From Candidatus Daviesbacteria bacterium RIFCSPHIGHO2_12_FULL_37_16 (GTDB taxonomy: Bacteria > Patescibacteriota > Microgenomatia > Daviesbacterales > UBA10151), in NCBI GenBank assembly GCA_001776785.1, contig MFDF01000006.1, forward strand, positions 16,769 through 80,768: a DNA stretch of 64,000 nt, written 5' to 3'. The position numbers and the translations under genes were made by a program. Of the stretch, positions 10,519-19,056 are shown one piece after another; the first letter of the stretch is position 1; every line of letters starts with the position of its first letter. The notes beneath the pieces were generated by a model that was not told the origin of the DNA, searched no databases, and was given only the letters and a program-made list of their open reading frames with translations.

Positions 10519-11052
10519 ATGAGTAAAAGTTTAGTTGGGATAATAATGGGGTCTGATTCTGATTTACCTGTTATGGCAGATGCTTGTAAGGTTTTAGAAG
10601 AGTTTAACATTCCATTTGAAATAAAAGTTCTATCAGCGCATAGGGCACCTGATTTAGTTACAGAATATGCAAAAGGTGCAAATTTAAAAGGGCTAAAGGT
10701 AATTATTGCAGCAGCTGGAGGGGCTGCCCATCTGGCAGGGGTTGCTGCAGCCCACTGCCCTTTGCCAGTAATTGGTGTTCCAATTAAGGGGAAAACTTTG
10801 GATGGGCTTGATTCACTGCTTTCTATTGTCCAAATGCCACCCGGAATTCCAGTTGCGACAGTTTCTATAGATGGAGCAAGAAATGCAGGAATTTTAGCTA
10901 TTGAAATATTAGCAGTTAGTGATAAAAGTTTAATTAAAAAGTTATTAGAATTTAAAAAGAATTTAAAAGAACAAATAATTTTAAAAAATGATAAATTAAA
11001 AAAAATAGGCTATAAGAAATTCCTGGAAGAAAAAGAAAAGGCCAATGGTTAG
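10519..11052 (+). CDS. purE: N5-CAIR mutase / AIR carboxylase
   Basis: IMGSDSD, SAHR.P, AGGAAHL and QMPPGIPVATV motifs. Confidence 0.97.
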   Translation: MSKSLVGIIMGSDSDLPVMADACKVLEEFNIPFEIKVLSAHRAPDLVTEYAKGANLKGLKVIIAAAGGAAHLAGVAAAHCPLPVIGVPIKGKTLDGLDSLLSIVQMPPGIPVATVSIDGARNAGILAIEILAVSDKSLIKKLLEFKKNLKEQIILKNDKLKKIGYKKFLEEKEKANG

Positions 11053-12028
11053 TAAAAATAAAATTTTAAAAGCTATCCCTAATATTTTAAAAACAGTTAA
11101 TATCCCAAACCTGGGAGAAAAACACCAGGGTAAAGTAAGGGATTATTATGTATTGGCTGATGAGCAAAGCTCGCGCTTGCGCACTAAAAGAATAATTATT
11201 ACAACAGACAGGCAGTCTGCTTTTGATCGGGTTTTAGGACATATCCCCTATAAAGGAGCTGTCTTAAATTTATTGTCTGCTTTTTGGTTTGATAAGACAA
11301 AAGATATTATAGATAACCACTGGGTCTGCAACCTCTATTATAATGTAATAGTTGTCAAAAATTGTCAGATCATCCCAATTGAAATGGTCGTCAGAGGCTA
11401 TATTACAGGAGTTACAGATACTTCCATCTGGGGATCTTATGAAAAAGGTGAGCGGGTTATTTATGGAATTAAATTTCCTGACGGGCTTAAGAAAAACCAG
11501 AAACTCCCCTCCCCTGTTATTACTCCAACTACAAAAGCAGAGAGCGGCCATGATGAAAGATTAACAGAAAAAGAAATTTTAGAAAAAAAGATAGTTTCAA
11601 AAAAACTTTGGACACAAATGAAAAAAGCTGCAGTGGAGCTTTTTGAAAGAGGCAGTAAAATTTGTGACAGGGCTGGAATAATACTTGCAGATACTAAATA
11701 TGAGTTTGGACTTTTCAATGGAAAACTAATGCTTATTGATGAAGTCCATACACCTGATTCTTCAAGATTTTGGGTTAAGAAAAGTTACAAAGACAGGTTA
11801 AAAAAAGGATTAGAGCCTGAAAGTTATGATAAAGAAATTTTAAGGATCTGGTTTAAAGAAAAAGGATATAGTGGGGAGGGAAAACCTCCAAAAATGCCTG
11901 ATGATTTTTTAGTTAAAATGAGCCAAAGGTACATTGGGATCTATGAAAAAATTACAGGGAAGAAATTTAAAACATTTGATTACCCAATAGAAAAAAGGAT
12001 CAGAGATAGTTTAAAAAAAATTGGATGA
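11045..12028 (+). CDS. purC: SAICAR synthetase
   Basis: GKVRD, TDRQSAFD, TPTTKA, ADTKYEFG and DEVHTPDSSRFW motifs. Confidence 0.97.
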   Translation: MVSKNKILKAIPNILKTVNIPNLGEKHQGKVRDYYVLADEQSSRLRTKRIIITTDRQSAFDRVLGHIPYKGAVLNLLSAFWFDKTKDIIDNHWVCNLYYNVIVVKNCQIIPIEMVVRGYITGVTDTSIWGSYEKGERVIYGIKFPDGLKKNQKLPSPVITPTTKAESGHDERLTEKEILEKKIVSKKLWTQMKKAAVELFERGSKICDRAGIILADTKYEFGLFNGKLMLIDEVHTPDSSRFWVKKSYKDRLKKGLEPESYDKEILRIWFKEKGYSGEGKPPKMPDDFLVKMSQRYIGIYEKITGKKFKTFDYPIEKRIRDSLKKIG

Positions 12029-13185
12029 AGAAATTACACTATGAACAGTCTGGGGATAACTATAAATTAAAAGATCCTTATAAACTGATTGCACTTGCTG
12101 CTACCAGAAAAACCAGAAAAAATTTAAAGAGATTTTCTAAATATGGGATTGAGGTATTGGACCAGGATAATAGTAGAGGTGAGAGTGCATATAGAATTAA
12201 ATTTGCATCTAAAAAACCAGTAGATTTTGAATTTGCCCATGTTGAAGAATCTATTGGGACAAAAAATATGATTGCAGATGAACTTCAAAAAATTTATAGA
12301 GAAAGTTTTTATTTTTCCATTGGGATTGATAATGTAGCAACTATTGTTAATGACCTTTCAACCTGCGGGGCATTCCCTTTAAGTTTTATGCTTCACATTG
12401 GGGCCTTTCCAAATGAGTGGTATTTAGAACAGGAAAAGATTAAAGCATTAATGGATGGGACTGCATATGCATGTAATTTAGCAGGATGTGCTTGGGGTGG
12501 TGGTGAATCAGGGACTGACAGGGATATTATCTATCCAGGAAGGTCACTTTTATCAGGATCTGCAACAGGGATTATTATTCCCTCCTCTAAAGTTTTATCT
12601 GAGGAAAAATTAAAAGATGGCGACAGAATAATTGTTTTTGAAAGCAGCGGAGTCCATACAAATGGAATAACGCTTTTAAGAAAAGAGCTTTTAAAAAGAT
12701 TGCCTAAAGGGTACAAAACAAAACTTTCAGATGGAACAGGTTATGGAGAAGCTTTACTGACTCCTTCTATCATTTATTCAAAACTTGTTGAGGATCTAAT
12801 TGTTAATACAGAGGTTCATTATGCAGTCCACATAACTGGCCATGGATGGAGAAAATTAATGAGATCTAAAAGGAATTTTTCATATATTGTAGATTTTGTT
12901 CCAAAACCCCAGCCAGTCTTTGAATTTATTCAAAGACATACAAACTCTTCTGATAAAGATATGTATGAAACATATAATATGGGTGCAGGCTTTGCGGTTT
13001 TTGTGCCCCCATCTCAAGTGCAAAAAGTTTTGCAAATTTTCAAGAAGAATGAACAAGTTCTTTCTCGCTTCGCTCGAAATAAAATTAAAGCCTGGGATGC
13101 AGGTTTTATAAAAAAGGGTGAAAGAAAAGTTGTTATAAATCCATTGAGATTAGAGTTTTTAGGCGAAGAGCTTATTCTGCGCTAG
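12025..13185 (+). CDS. purM: AIR synthetase (divergent)
   Basis: GTK, GGE, SSGVHTNG, LLTPS.IY, HITGHG and TYNMGAG motifs. Confidence 0.9.
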   Translation: MKKLHYEQSGDNYKLKDPYKLIALAATRKTRKNLKRFSKYGIEVLDQDNSRGESAYRIKFASKKPVDFEFAHVEESIGTKNMIADELQKIYRESFYFSIGIDNVATIVNDLSTCGAFPLSFMLHIGAFPNEWYLEQEKIKALMDGTAYACNLAGCAWGGGESGTDRDIIYPGRSLLSGSATGIIIPSSKVLSEEKLKDGDRIIVFESSGVHTNGITLLRKELLKRLPKGYKTKLSDGTGYGEALLTPSIIYSKLVEDLIVNTEVHYAVHITGHGWRKLMRSKRNFSYIVDFVPKPQPVFEFIQRHTNSSDKDMYETYNMGAGFAVFVPPSQVQKVLQIFKKNEQVLSRFARNKIKAWDAGFIKKGERKVVINPLRLEFLGEELILR

Positions 13186-13299
13186 ATTTTTCCAGTATTG
13201 ATGGGTAAAGTCTGGGAGTTAGTGAAAGAAGTGCAGTTATTATAAAAGTCCAGAAACAATTGTTAGTTTGATGGAAAACAGTCTAAAACTTTTAAAACT

Positions 13300-14505
13300 T
13301 CAGGCTGCATAACTTTTATCTTTTGGAGTAACGTAAGGATAAAATCTGGTGGTAAGGGCAAATACCGCTGTGATAACAAAAAGCATTGGGAAAGGCATCC
13401 CAAACCAAAAAAGAATTCCTAAGGGTATTAAGAAAATAACCCTTCCTAAAGATGCTGCTACTTCTCTTTGAGTAATTATTGACATAACATCTTCATGTCT
13501 AGCCCGTTCATAGACTATGGTATCTAAGGTTATAAACTGACCCTGGTTGGTAACTGAAGTTACTATTGAACTTAAGAAAACATGCATGGGGGTTGTAACA
13601 AAGCTTCTAGTCAGGCCAGATATAGCATCAAGGGATGAGATAATTTTTATTATCTTTTTTGGTCCAAATCTGTCAATAATATAGCCTGTTAATAAAGTAG
13701 ATATGGTCGCAAATAATGCAATTAATGATCCCATAAAACCAATACCAATTATTCCTGACACCAAAGTAATGGCAAAAATAGGCCAGAAAATTTCTGAAGT
13801 TAGCTGATCAGCGGTTTGTCCAGTTAAGGCAAGGTAACTTTTGGCTTCTTTTTTTGGAGAAAGTGCTAATGCAGTTTTCCAAATACTTATAGACATCCTA
13901 TCTTCTTGTTTGGGAAGATATTTAAGCGGGATTATGGCAATAAAGACTAAAACTATCATGGCAAGAAATAGTACGTTATAACCATAGTAGCTAATGAGCA
14001 GCCCTCCAAAAGCGGGTGCCCCAACCAGAGCAATTGCAGAGAGTGATGAAGAGATAGCAACTTCCTCACCCTGTTTCTTGTCATCTGTTAACTCTACAAA
14101 AAAGATATGATAGGCCATCCAATAGAACCCTAGTTCAATACCCCCCAGTATTGATGCGATGATTAAAAAGATCATGTCAAATTGGGCAAGGTTTAAAGTT
14201 ATTAAAAATAGAATTAAAAAAATATTTCCCCAAAAAACTGAAAATCTTAATCCCTTTTTGGAAATAATCCAGATGGCCAAAGGGATTGCTACTGCTTGAA
14301 CTAGGTGAAGGAGAGCGATGACTAGGGCAGTTGTAGAGAGAGATTGGTTTGCACTCAATCCTTGCTTGAGTAAAATTTGATAGACATATATACCACTAAA
14401 GATCTGAAAGATTCCCACAGTAAAGAATCTAATTAGGGAATGTAAGTAAAATGCCCCCAGGTATCTAAATTGCTTAATGTGAAGGATGGATTTGAACACT
14501 ATCAA
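13300..14505 (-). CDS. MFS transporter
   Basis: About 12 hydrophobic segments and a GYIIDRFGPKK MFS motif. Confidence 0.8.
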   Translation of the reverse strand: MIVFKSILHIKQFRYLGAFYLHSLIRFFTVGIFQIFSGIYVYQILLKQGLSANQSLSTTALVIALLHLVQAVAIPLAIWIISKKGLRFSVFWGNIFLILFLITLNLAQFDMIFLIIASILGGIELGFYWMAYHIFFVELTDDKKQGEEVAISSSLSAIALVGAPAFGGLLISYYGYNVLFLAMIVLVFIAIIPLKYLPKQEDRMSISIWKTALALSPKKEAKSYLALTGQTADQLTSEIFWPIFAITLVSGIIGIGFMGSLIALFATISTLLTGYIIDRFGPKKIIKIISSLDAISGLTRSFVTTPMHVFLSSIVTSVTNQGQFITLDTIVYERARHEDVMSIITQREVAASLGRVIFLIPLGILFWFGMPFPMLFVITAVFALTTRFYPYVTPKDKSYAA

Positions 14506-14522
14506 TTAGGATAGCATAAATA

Positions 14523-15128
14523 TCATTCCATGGTCTGCTCTGGACCATGGTCCCTGTGGGCATCTATGAATTTTTCAATCCTGGCTTTATCAAAATCATT
14601 AAACTTATCTATATACCTCCAGGATGTTAGGGCAATTTTAGAATCAAGCTGGGGTCTTGGGACTAAAATTAATTTTCTTTTGCCTTTGCCATCATAGATT
14701 GAAGTTAGATTTTTTACTAACTCATTGCATTCATCTGATGTGAAGTCACTGGTTAACATTGCTGATTGAGTTGAGTCTTCTGTATTAGTTTTTTTCTCAA
14801 GTGGACCCAAAGGGGATGAGGATTTTCCAAAAGCACAGTTGTAAGAAATGATGACATAGCCATGTTCTAATGAGTGGATTAAATGCCCGTCATCCTGGGG
14901 CCTATCATACACTCCAGCCCTTACCCATTCCTCATAGTGGTTTCCAGAAGTTGGCGGGTTTGAATTATATTCAACTACAGTCCCAATTGGGACATGGGTC
15001 CTGCCTAAATCCTCAAGCTGGGTACCTGGTTTTGGTTTAGTTTCATTAAAGATAAAAAAACCTAAACCAATAAGCATTAAAACAACTGCTCCAATAATTA
15101 TTTTCTTTTCCATAGTTAGGTTATTCAT
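14523..15128 (-). CDS. DUF3105-family membrane-anchored protein
   Basis: N-terminal TM segment, YNSNPPTSG.H, HSLEHG and GPE. Confidence 0.85.
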   Translation of the reverse strand: MNNLTMEKKIIIGAVVLMLIGLGFFIFNETKPKPGTQLEDLGRTHVPIGTVVEYNSNPPTSGNHYEEWVRAGVYDRPQDDGHLIHSLEHGYVIISYNCAFGKSSSPLGPLEKKTNTEDSTQSAMLTSDFTSDECNELVKNLTSIYDGKGKRKLILVPRPQLDSKIALTSWRYIDKFNDFDKARIEKFIDAHRDHGPEQTME

Positions 15129-15733
15129 TACTGCTGATTATACTGGTTTTGGGCTTTTTCTACACCTTTTTCTAAAATTGTTTCCAGTGCTTTAACCCCT
15201 TTTTTAATTAAAGCTTTTGCTTTTGATTTTTCATTTGGCAAAAAATCTTCTGTAACAAAGTGCTCTGCATTAAATGCTCTATGCTTGTGTTCCCCTGATT
15301 GGGATTTTAAATTTCCAATTCCAAGCCTTACCCTGACAAAATTTTCACTGCCCAGGTGGGTTATTATAGACTCTATACCATGATGTCCTGCATCTGAACC
15401 CCCTACCCTGATTTTTAAATGTCCTAAAACAATATCCAACTCATCATGGATAATAATAATATCTTCTGGTTTTATTTTGTAAAATTTTGCTAATGTGGCA
15501 ACGCAAAGGCCTGACTGGTTCATAAAAGTTTGGGGACGAGCAAGAATAATTGTTAATTGTTTATTGTTAATTGTTAATTGAGTCTTTATCACTTCTGCTT
15601 TAAATTTATTATCTAGGACCCACTCCCCAAGTTCTTTTTTTCTTTTAAACTCATCCAAAACATCAAAGCCTAAATTATGCCTGGTGTTAAGATATTTTTC
15701 CCCTGGGTTTCCAAGACCTACAACTAATTTCAT
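15128..15733 (-). CDS. pth: Peptidyl-tRNA hydrolase
   Basis: GLGNPG..Y..TRHN.GF, TFMNQSG and HDELD motifs. Confidence 0.97.
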   Translation of the reverse strand: MKLVVGLGNPGEKYLNTRHNLGFDVLDEFKRKKELGEWVLDNKFKAEVIKTQLTINNKQLTIILARPQTFMNQSGLCVATLAKFYKIKPEDIIIIHDELDIVLGHLKIRVGGSDAGHHGIESIITHLGSENFVRVRLGIGNLKSQSGEHKHRAFNAEHFVTEDFLPNEKSKAKALIKKGVKALETILEKGVEKAQNQYNQQ

Positions 15734-15749
15734 AATAAGTTATTAGAGC

Positions 15750-16136
15750 TTAGTTATCTGAGCTCAGTTTATTTAATCTATAATTTTTTGTTTGCTTTAT
15801 CAAGCCACTTAACATTTTACTAACTTCTTCAATTAAGGAAATTGCTTCATTTAATTGAACTTTATCCATATACTTTTGATCCAAACAAATGTACAAATGG
15901 CTTCTTATTTCTAGTAAAGATCCACGCGCTGTTCTATAAAATTGCATGCTTTCTTGTGAATGATACCTACCAAAACCTTCGGCTATATTGGCACTAACTG
16001 AAACACTAGCCCTTCTTAGTTGACTGGTTAGATTACTTCTTTCACTTGCAGGAAACTTAGAAGTTATCATATAAATCTTTTGATTTAACAATCTAGATTT
16101 CTGCCAAACAATTAAGTCCTCAAAACTTTTTATCAT
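15750..16136 (-). CDS. Four-helix-bundle protein (23S rRNA IVP / Avd-like family)
   Basis: F.DL.VWQKS, FP..E...L.SQLRRAS.SV.ANIAEG.GR and ARGSL.E. Degenerate 7-mer tracts on both sides. Confidence 0.92.
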   Translation of the reverse strand: MIKSFEDLIVWQKSRLLNQKIYMITSKFPASERSNLTSQLRRASVSVSANIAEGFGRYHSQESMQFYRTARGSLLEIRSHLYICLDQKYMDKVQLNEAISLIEEVSKMLSGLIKQTKNYRLNKLSSDN

Positions 16137-16167
16137 AACTGACCTCTGAGCTCTATGCTCTTTATAG

Positions 16168-17436
16168 CTAGAATAATCCCATCTGCTCCTCCTCTTTTAA
16201 TTTATCCTCATTTTCATCCCAGATTTTAACTACTCCATAAGTATTATCAAAACCTGGTTTTATAGTTAGTTTTCCTTTCCTAATCCTTTTAACGCCTTCT
16301 GCAATTTTTACTCCTGCATATTTTTCAATTTGTTCAAGTGGAGTTTTAGTTAAGATTTTTAATTCTGTATCTAGTGTTGTAACCAGTCTTTCATATTCAT
16401 TTTTGACTTTTTGGGAGGAGACTGTAGAATTTAGAGCTTCTGCAATTATTTCCTCCAGCTGAACCAGCATTCTGAATCCAGGCTTATCAGGAAATGCTTT
16501 TGATTTAATTACTCCATTTTCATTTGAAATTTGTAATTTGTCATTTGAAATTCCTGCAAGGTCCTCTACTCTTTGCATTACTCCAACTGTTAATTTTCTT
16601 TTACATTTGGGACAAATTACTCCTTTTTCTTTAAGCTCCTCTGGTCCATAAACTACTCCACAATTTCTGTGACCTGAGTAGTGGTATTTTCCCTCTTCCG
16701 GGAAAAATTCTATGGTACCAATGATTTTTCTTTGTTTAACTGACTTAGATAAACCCTCAAATGAACATTCCCCTCCAATTATTGTGGCTTCCCGTCCAAG
16801 CCTTGGCAGGGAGTGGGCATCTGAAAAAGAAAGTATGGCCTTTTCATCTAAGTCTTTTACTCTCCAATTCATGGCAGGTTCAGAAGATAAACCTGTTTCT
16901 ATGCCATAAATTTTGTCAGAAAAATCTCCAAAGCAGTCTGCAAATTTGTCATAGCCTGACTGCGACCCAAATAGAGAAAACCAGGGGGTCCAGATATGGG
17001 CAGGTATTATTAGGGCTTCTGGCTCTACAGAAAAAACTATTTCACACAAAGCTTTAGTGCTCATTCCCATAATTGGCCTGCCATCTGAAACCAGGTTGAT
17101 GCCTTTTTTTGTTAAGACTTCTGATAATTTTGCTGCAGAATCTAAGTTTGGCAGGAAAATTAAAATGTGGATCCTTCTAACTCTTCCTGCCTCTGAATAA
17201 ATACAGGCAACCTCTGTTGTGGGGATAAAAGTTATGCCATTAACCTGATATTTGCCATCAACCAATTTTAAATCTTTTTTTAATTCTGCCTGCCAAAGTG
17301 GGTGAAGACAATCCCCTGTTCCCATTAGACTTATACCTTTATATTTTGCCCATTTAGCTAGATTGGGGATGTTTAGTGCTGATGAACAGGCCCTGGAGAA
17401 TCTGGAGTGGATGTGTAAGTCTGCTACATAAGCCAT
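16168..17436 (-). CDS. Endonuclease Q-like PHP-domain protein
   Basis: DLHIHSRFS, GTGD, PAHIWTPW, ETGLS, SDAHS and GKYH..GH..C...CPKC. Start moved to MAYVADLHIH (17436) to avoid overlap with TatD. Confidence 0.88.
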   Translation of the reverse strand: MAYVADLHIHSRFSRACSSALNIPNLAKWAKYKGISLMGTGDCLHPLWQAELKKDLKLVDGKYQVNGITFIPTTEVACIYSEAGRVRRIHILIFLPNLDSAAKLSEVLTKKGINLVSDGRPIMGMSTKALCEIVFSVEPEALIIPAHIWTPWFSLFGSQSGYDKFADCFGDFSDKIYGIETGLSSEPAMNWRVKDLDEKAILSFSDAHSLPRLGREATIIGGECSFEGLSKSVKQRKIIGTIEFFPEEGKYHYSGHRNCGVVYGPEELKEKGVICPKCKRKLTVGVMQRVEDLAGISNDKLQISNENGVIKSKAFPDKPGFRMLVQLEEIIAEALNSTVSSQKVKNEYERLVTTLDTELKILTKTPLEQIEKYAGVKIAEGVKRIRKGKLTIKPGFDNTYGVVKIWDENEDKLKEEEQMGLF

Positions 17437-17445
17437 AGATTTGAT

Positions 17446-17457
17446 TATTGTACAATA
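17446..17457. promoter_or_regulatory. Palindromic bidirectional -10 element (TACAAT on both strands)
   Basis: tattgtacaata lies in the 28-bp gap between the divergent EndoQ-like and TatD starts. Confidence 0.55.
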
Positions 17458-17464
17458 TGTGCCA

Positions 17465-18325
17465 ATGCTATTTGATACCCATTCACATATCCAGTTTAAA
17501 TCTTTTGATAAAAACAGAAAAAACGTTATTGAGAGGGCAAAAAAAGCTGGGGTTAAGAAAATTATTGCTATAGGGACTGATTTAGAATCTTCTAAAAAAG
17601 CAGCAGAAATTTCCATAGAATATCCTGAAGTTTTTGCATCTGTTGGAATCCATCCCCACCATGTATTTAGCTACCTTTCTCGTCATTCCGAATTTATTTC
17701 GGAATCTTATAAAGAGATCCTGAAACAAGTTCAGGATGACGGGGTTGGTGTTCAGGATGACATTAGACATTTAGAAGACTTATTTAGCAACCCTAAAGTT
17801 GTAGCTGTTGGGGAAACAGGAATGGATAAATACCAATATAAAATTACCAAGTACTCCAATTATTCAGTATCCAAACAATTTATCAAATTACAAAAGGAAA
17901 TATTTAAAATGCAGATTAAGCTGGCAATTATGTATAAAAAAGCTTTAATAATCCACAACAGAGAAGCAGTTGAGGAAACTTTAGAAGTTTTAAAAGAAAG
18001 TTGGGATAAAAAATTAGAAGGAAGAACAGTTTTCCATTATTGTGAACCAGACAAAAGAGTTTTAGATTTTGCAAAATCCCACAAAATTTATATTGGAGTT
18101 GATGGGGATGTTTTAACTGATAAAATAAAACAGGAATTTGTTAAAATAATCCCTCTGGATTTGTTAGTTTTAGAAACAGACTCCCCTTTTCTAAACTCTG
18201 AACCTGCAAAAATAAAAACAATTTTAGAATTTATTTCTAAACTTTTAAAAATTCAACCTAAAGGATTTGAAAAAATATTATTCAATAATAGTTCTTATTT
18301 ATTCAATAACTACTTGCTTAAATAA
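17465..18325 (+). CDS. tatD: TatD-family DNase
   Basis: DTHSH, GIHPH, VGETGMD, IIHNR and LETDSPF. Likely start MLFDTHSH. Confidence 0.92.
   Translation: MLFDTHSHIQFKSFDKNRKNVIERAKKAGVKKIIAIGTDLESSKKAAEISIEYPEVFASVGIHPHHVFSYLSRHSEFISESYKEILKQVQDDGVGVQDDIRHLEDLFSNPKVVAVGETGMDKYQYKITKYSNYSVSKQFIKLQKEIFKMQIKLAIMYKKALIIHNREAVEETLEVLKESWDKKLEGRTVFHYCEPDKRVLDFAKSHKIYIGVDGDVLTDKIKQEFVKIIPLDLLVLETDSPFLNSEPAKIKTILEFISKLLKIQPKGFEKILFNNSSYLFNNYLLK
17682..17761. repeat. GTCAT...ATGAC palindromic element, in frame within tatD
   Basis: gtcattccgaatttatttcggaatc...gatcctgaaacaagttcaggatgac, followed by a repeated gttcaggatgac. Confidence 0.85.
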
Positions 18326-18342
18326 AAGCTAAGTGATATTTT

Positions 18343-19053
18343 TTGCAAATGCCTCAAACTACCGAAAGAATTAAATTACCTGAACCATATAATTCAAAGG
18401 TTGGCCAGGTTATTGAAGAGATAGAGGATATTAATTCGAGACGAGCTTGGTTTATTCCTAGAACACTTGATGAAAGCGAATACTATCTTTCACAGATCAT
18501 GCCTTTTTTTGCTGAATTAAAAGAATCCTTCCAACCTTTTGTTTTCAATGATCAATCCTTAAGACAATCCTGGCATTTTGCCAGGGATAGTGCATACGAG
18601 CTTGCTGAGGAATATCATAGAAAATTATGGTGGGATGAGGCCTGGAAAAGGACTAATGATGCTTCACTAGTGTCATTGAAGAGGGCTGCAGCGAATGCTA
18701 TTTCCGGAGATAATAGAAGATCCGCTGAACTAACCCATACTTATAATAATTTGATAAAAAACACCGGTGTAATTTTGGGAAGGATTGCTGCTTGGGAAGT
18801 TGTTTCTGATTTGCCTGAACTTGAAGGCTTGCAAAATCCAGACAGGGTTTTGCTTGAATTTTATAAACGAGGGCTTGTATTTATAGATCTTAGGTATTTT
18901 AATGACAAACAGGTTCCTGTAGCCCATCAAATAGTAAGACCTTCTGCTGATAGTCCTGAGAGATATTTAGTCTGTCTTATAGATAACCAGACCAAAATTA
19001 AATTCAAGCATGGATTAAATAGGGTCTGCAAGGATGCTGTTGAAATAAATTAA
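18343..19053 (+). CDS. Hypothetical protein
   Basis: 236-aa ORF filling the gap between tatD and the ligase. No motif recognised. Confidence 0.7.
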   Translation: MQMPQTTERIKLPEPYNSKVGQVIEEIEDINSRRAWFIPRTLDESEYYLSQIMPFFAELKESFQPFVFNDQSLRQSWHFARDSAYELAEEYHRKLWWDEAWKRTNDASLVSLKRAAANAISGDNRRSAELTHTYNNLIKNTGVILGRIAAWEVVSDLPELEGLQNPDRVLLEFYKRGLVFIDLRYFNDKQVPVAHQIVRPSADSPERYLVCLIDNQTKIKFKHGLNRVCKDAVEIN

Positions 19054-19056
19054 CAA

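Noticed and set aside
15750-16136. Complete diversity-generating retroelement or 23S rRNA intervening sequence
   Set aside because: No reverse transcriptase, no TR/VR pair and no rRNA is visible in the window.
16168-17616. Long N-terminal extensions and overlaps in the ORF track (EndoQ-like/TatD, GT28, recF)
   Set aside because: Downstream ATGs with adjacent -10 boxes match the family N-termini and remove the overlaps.
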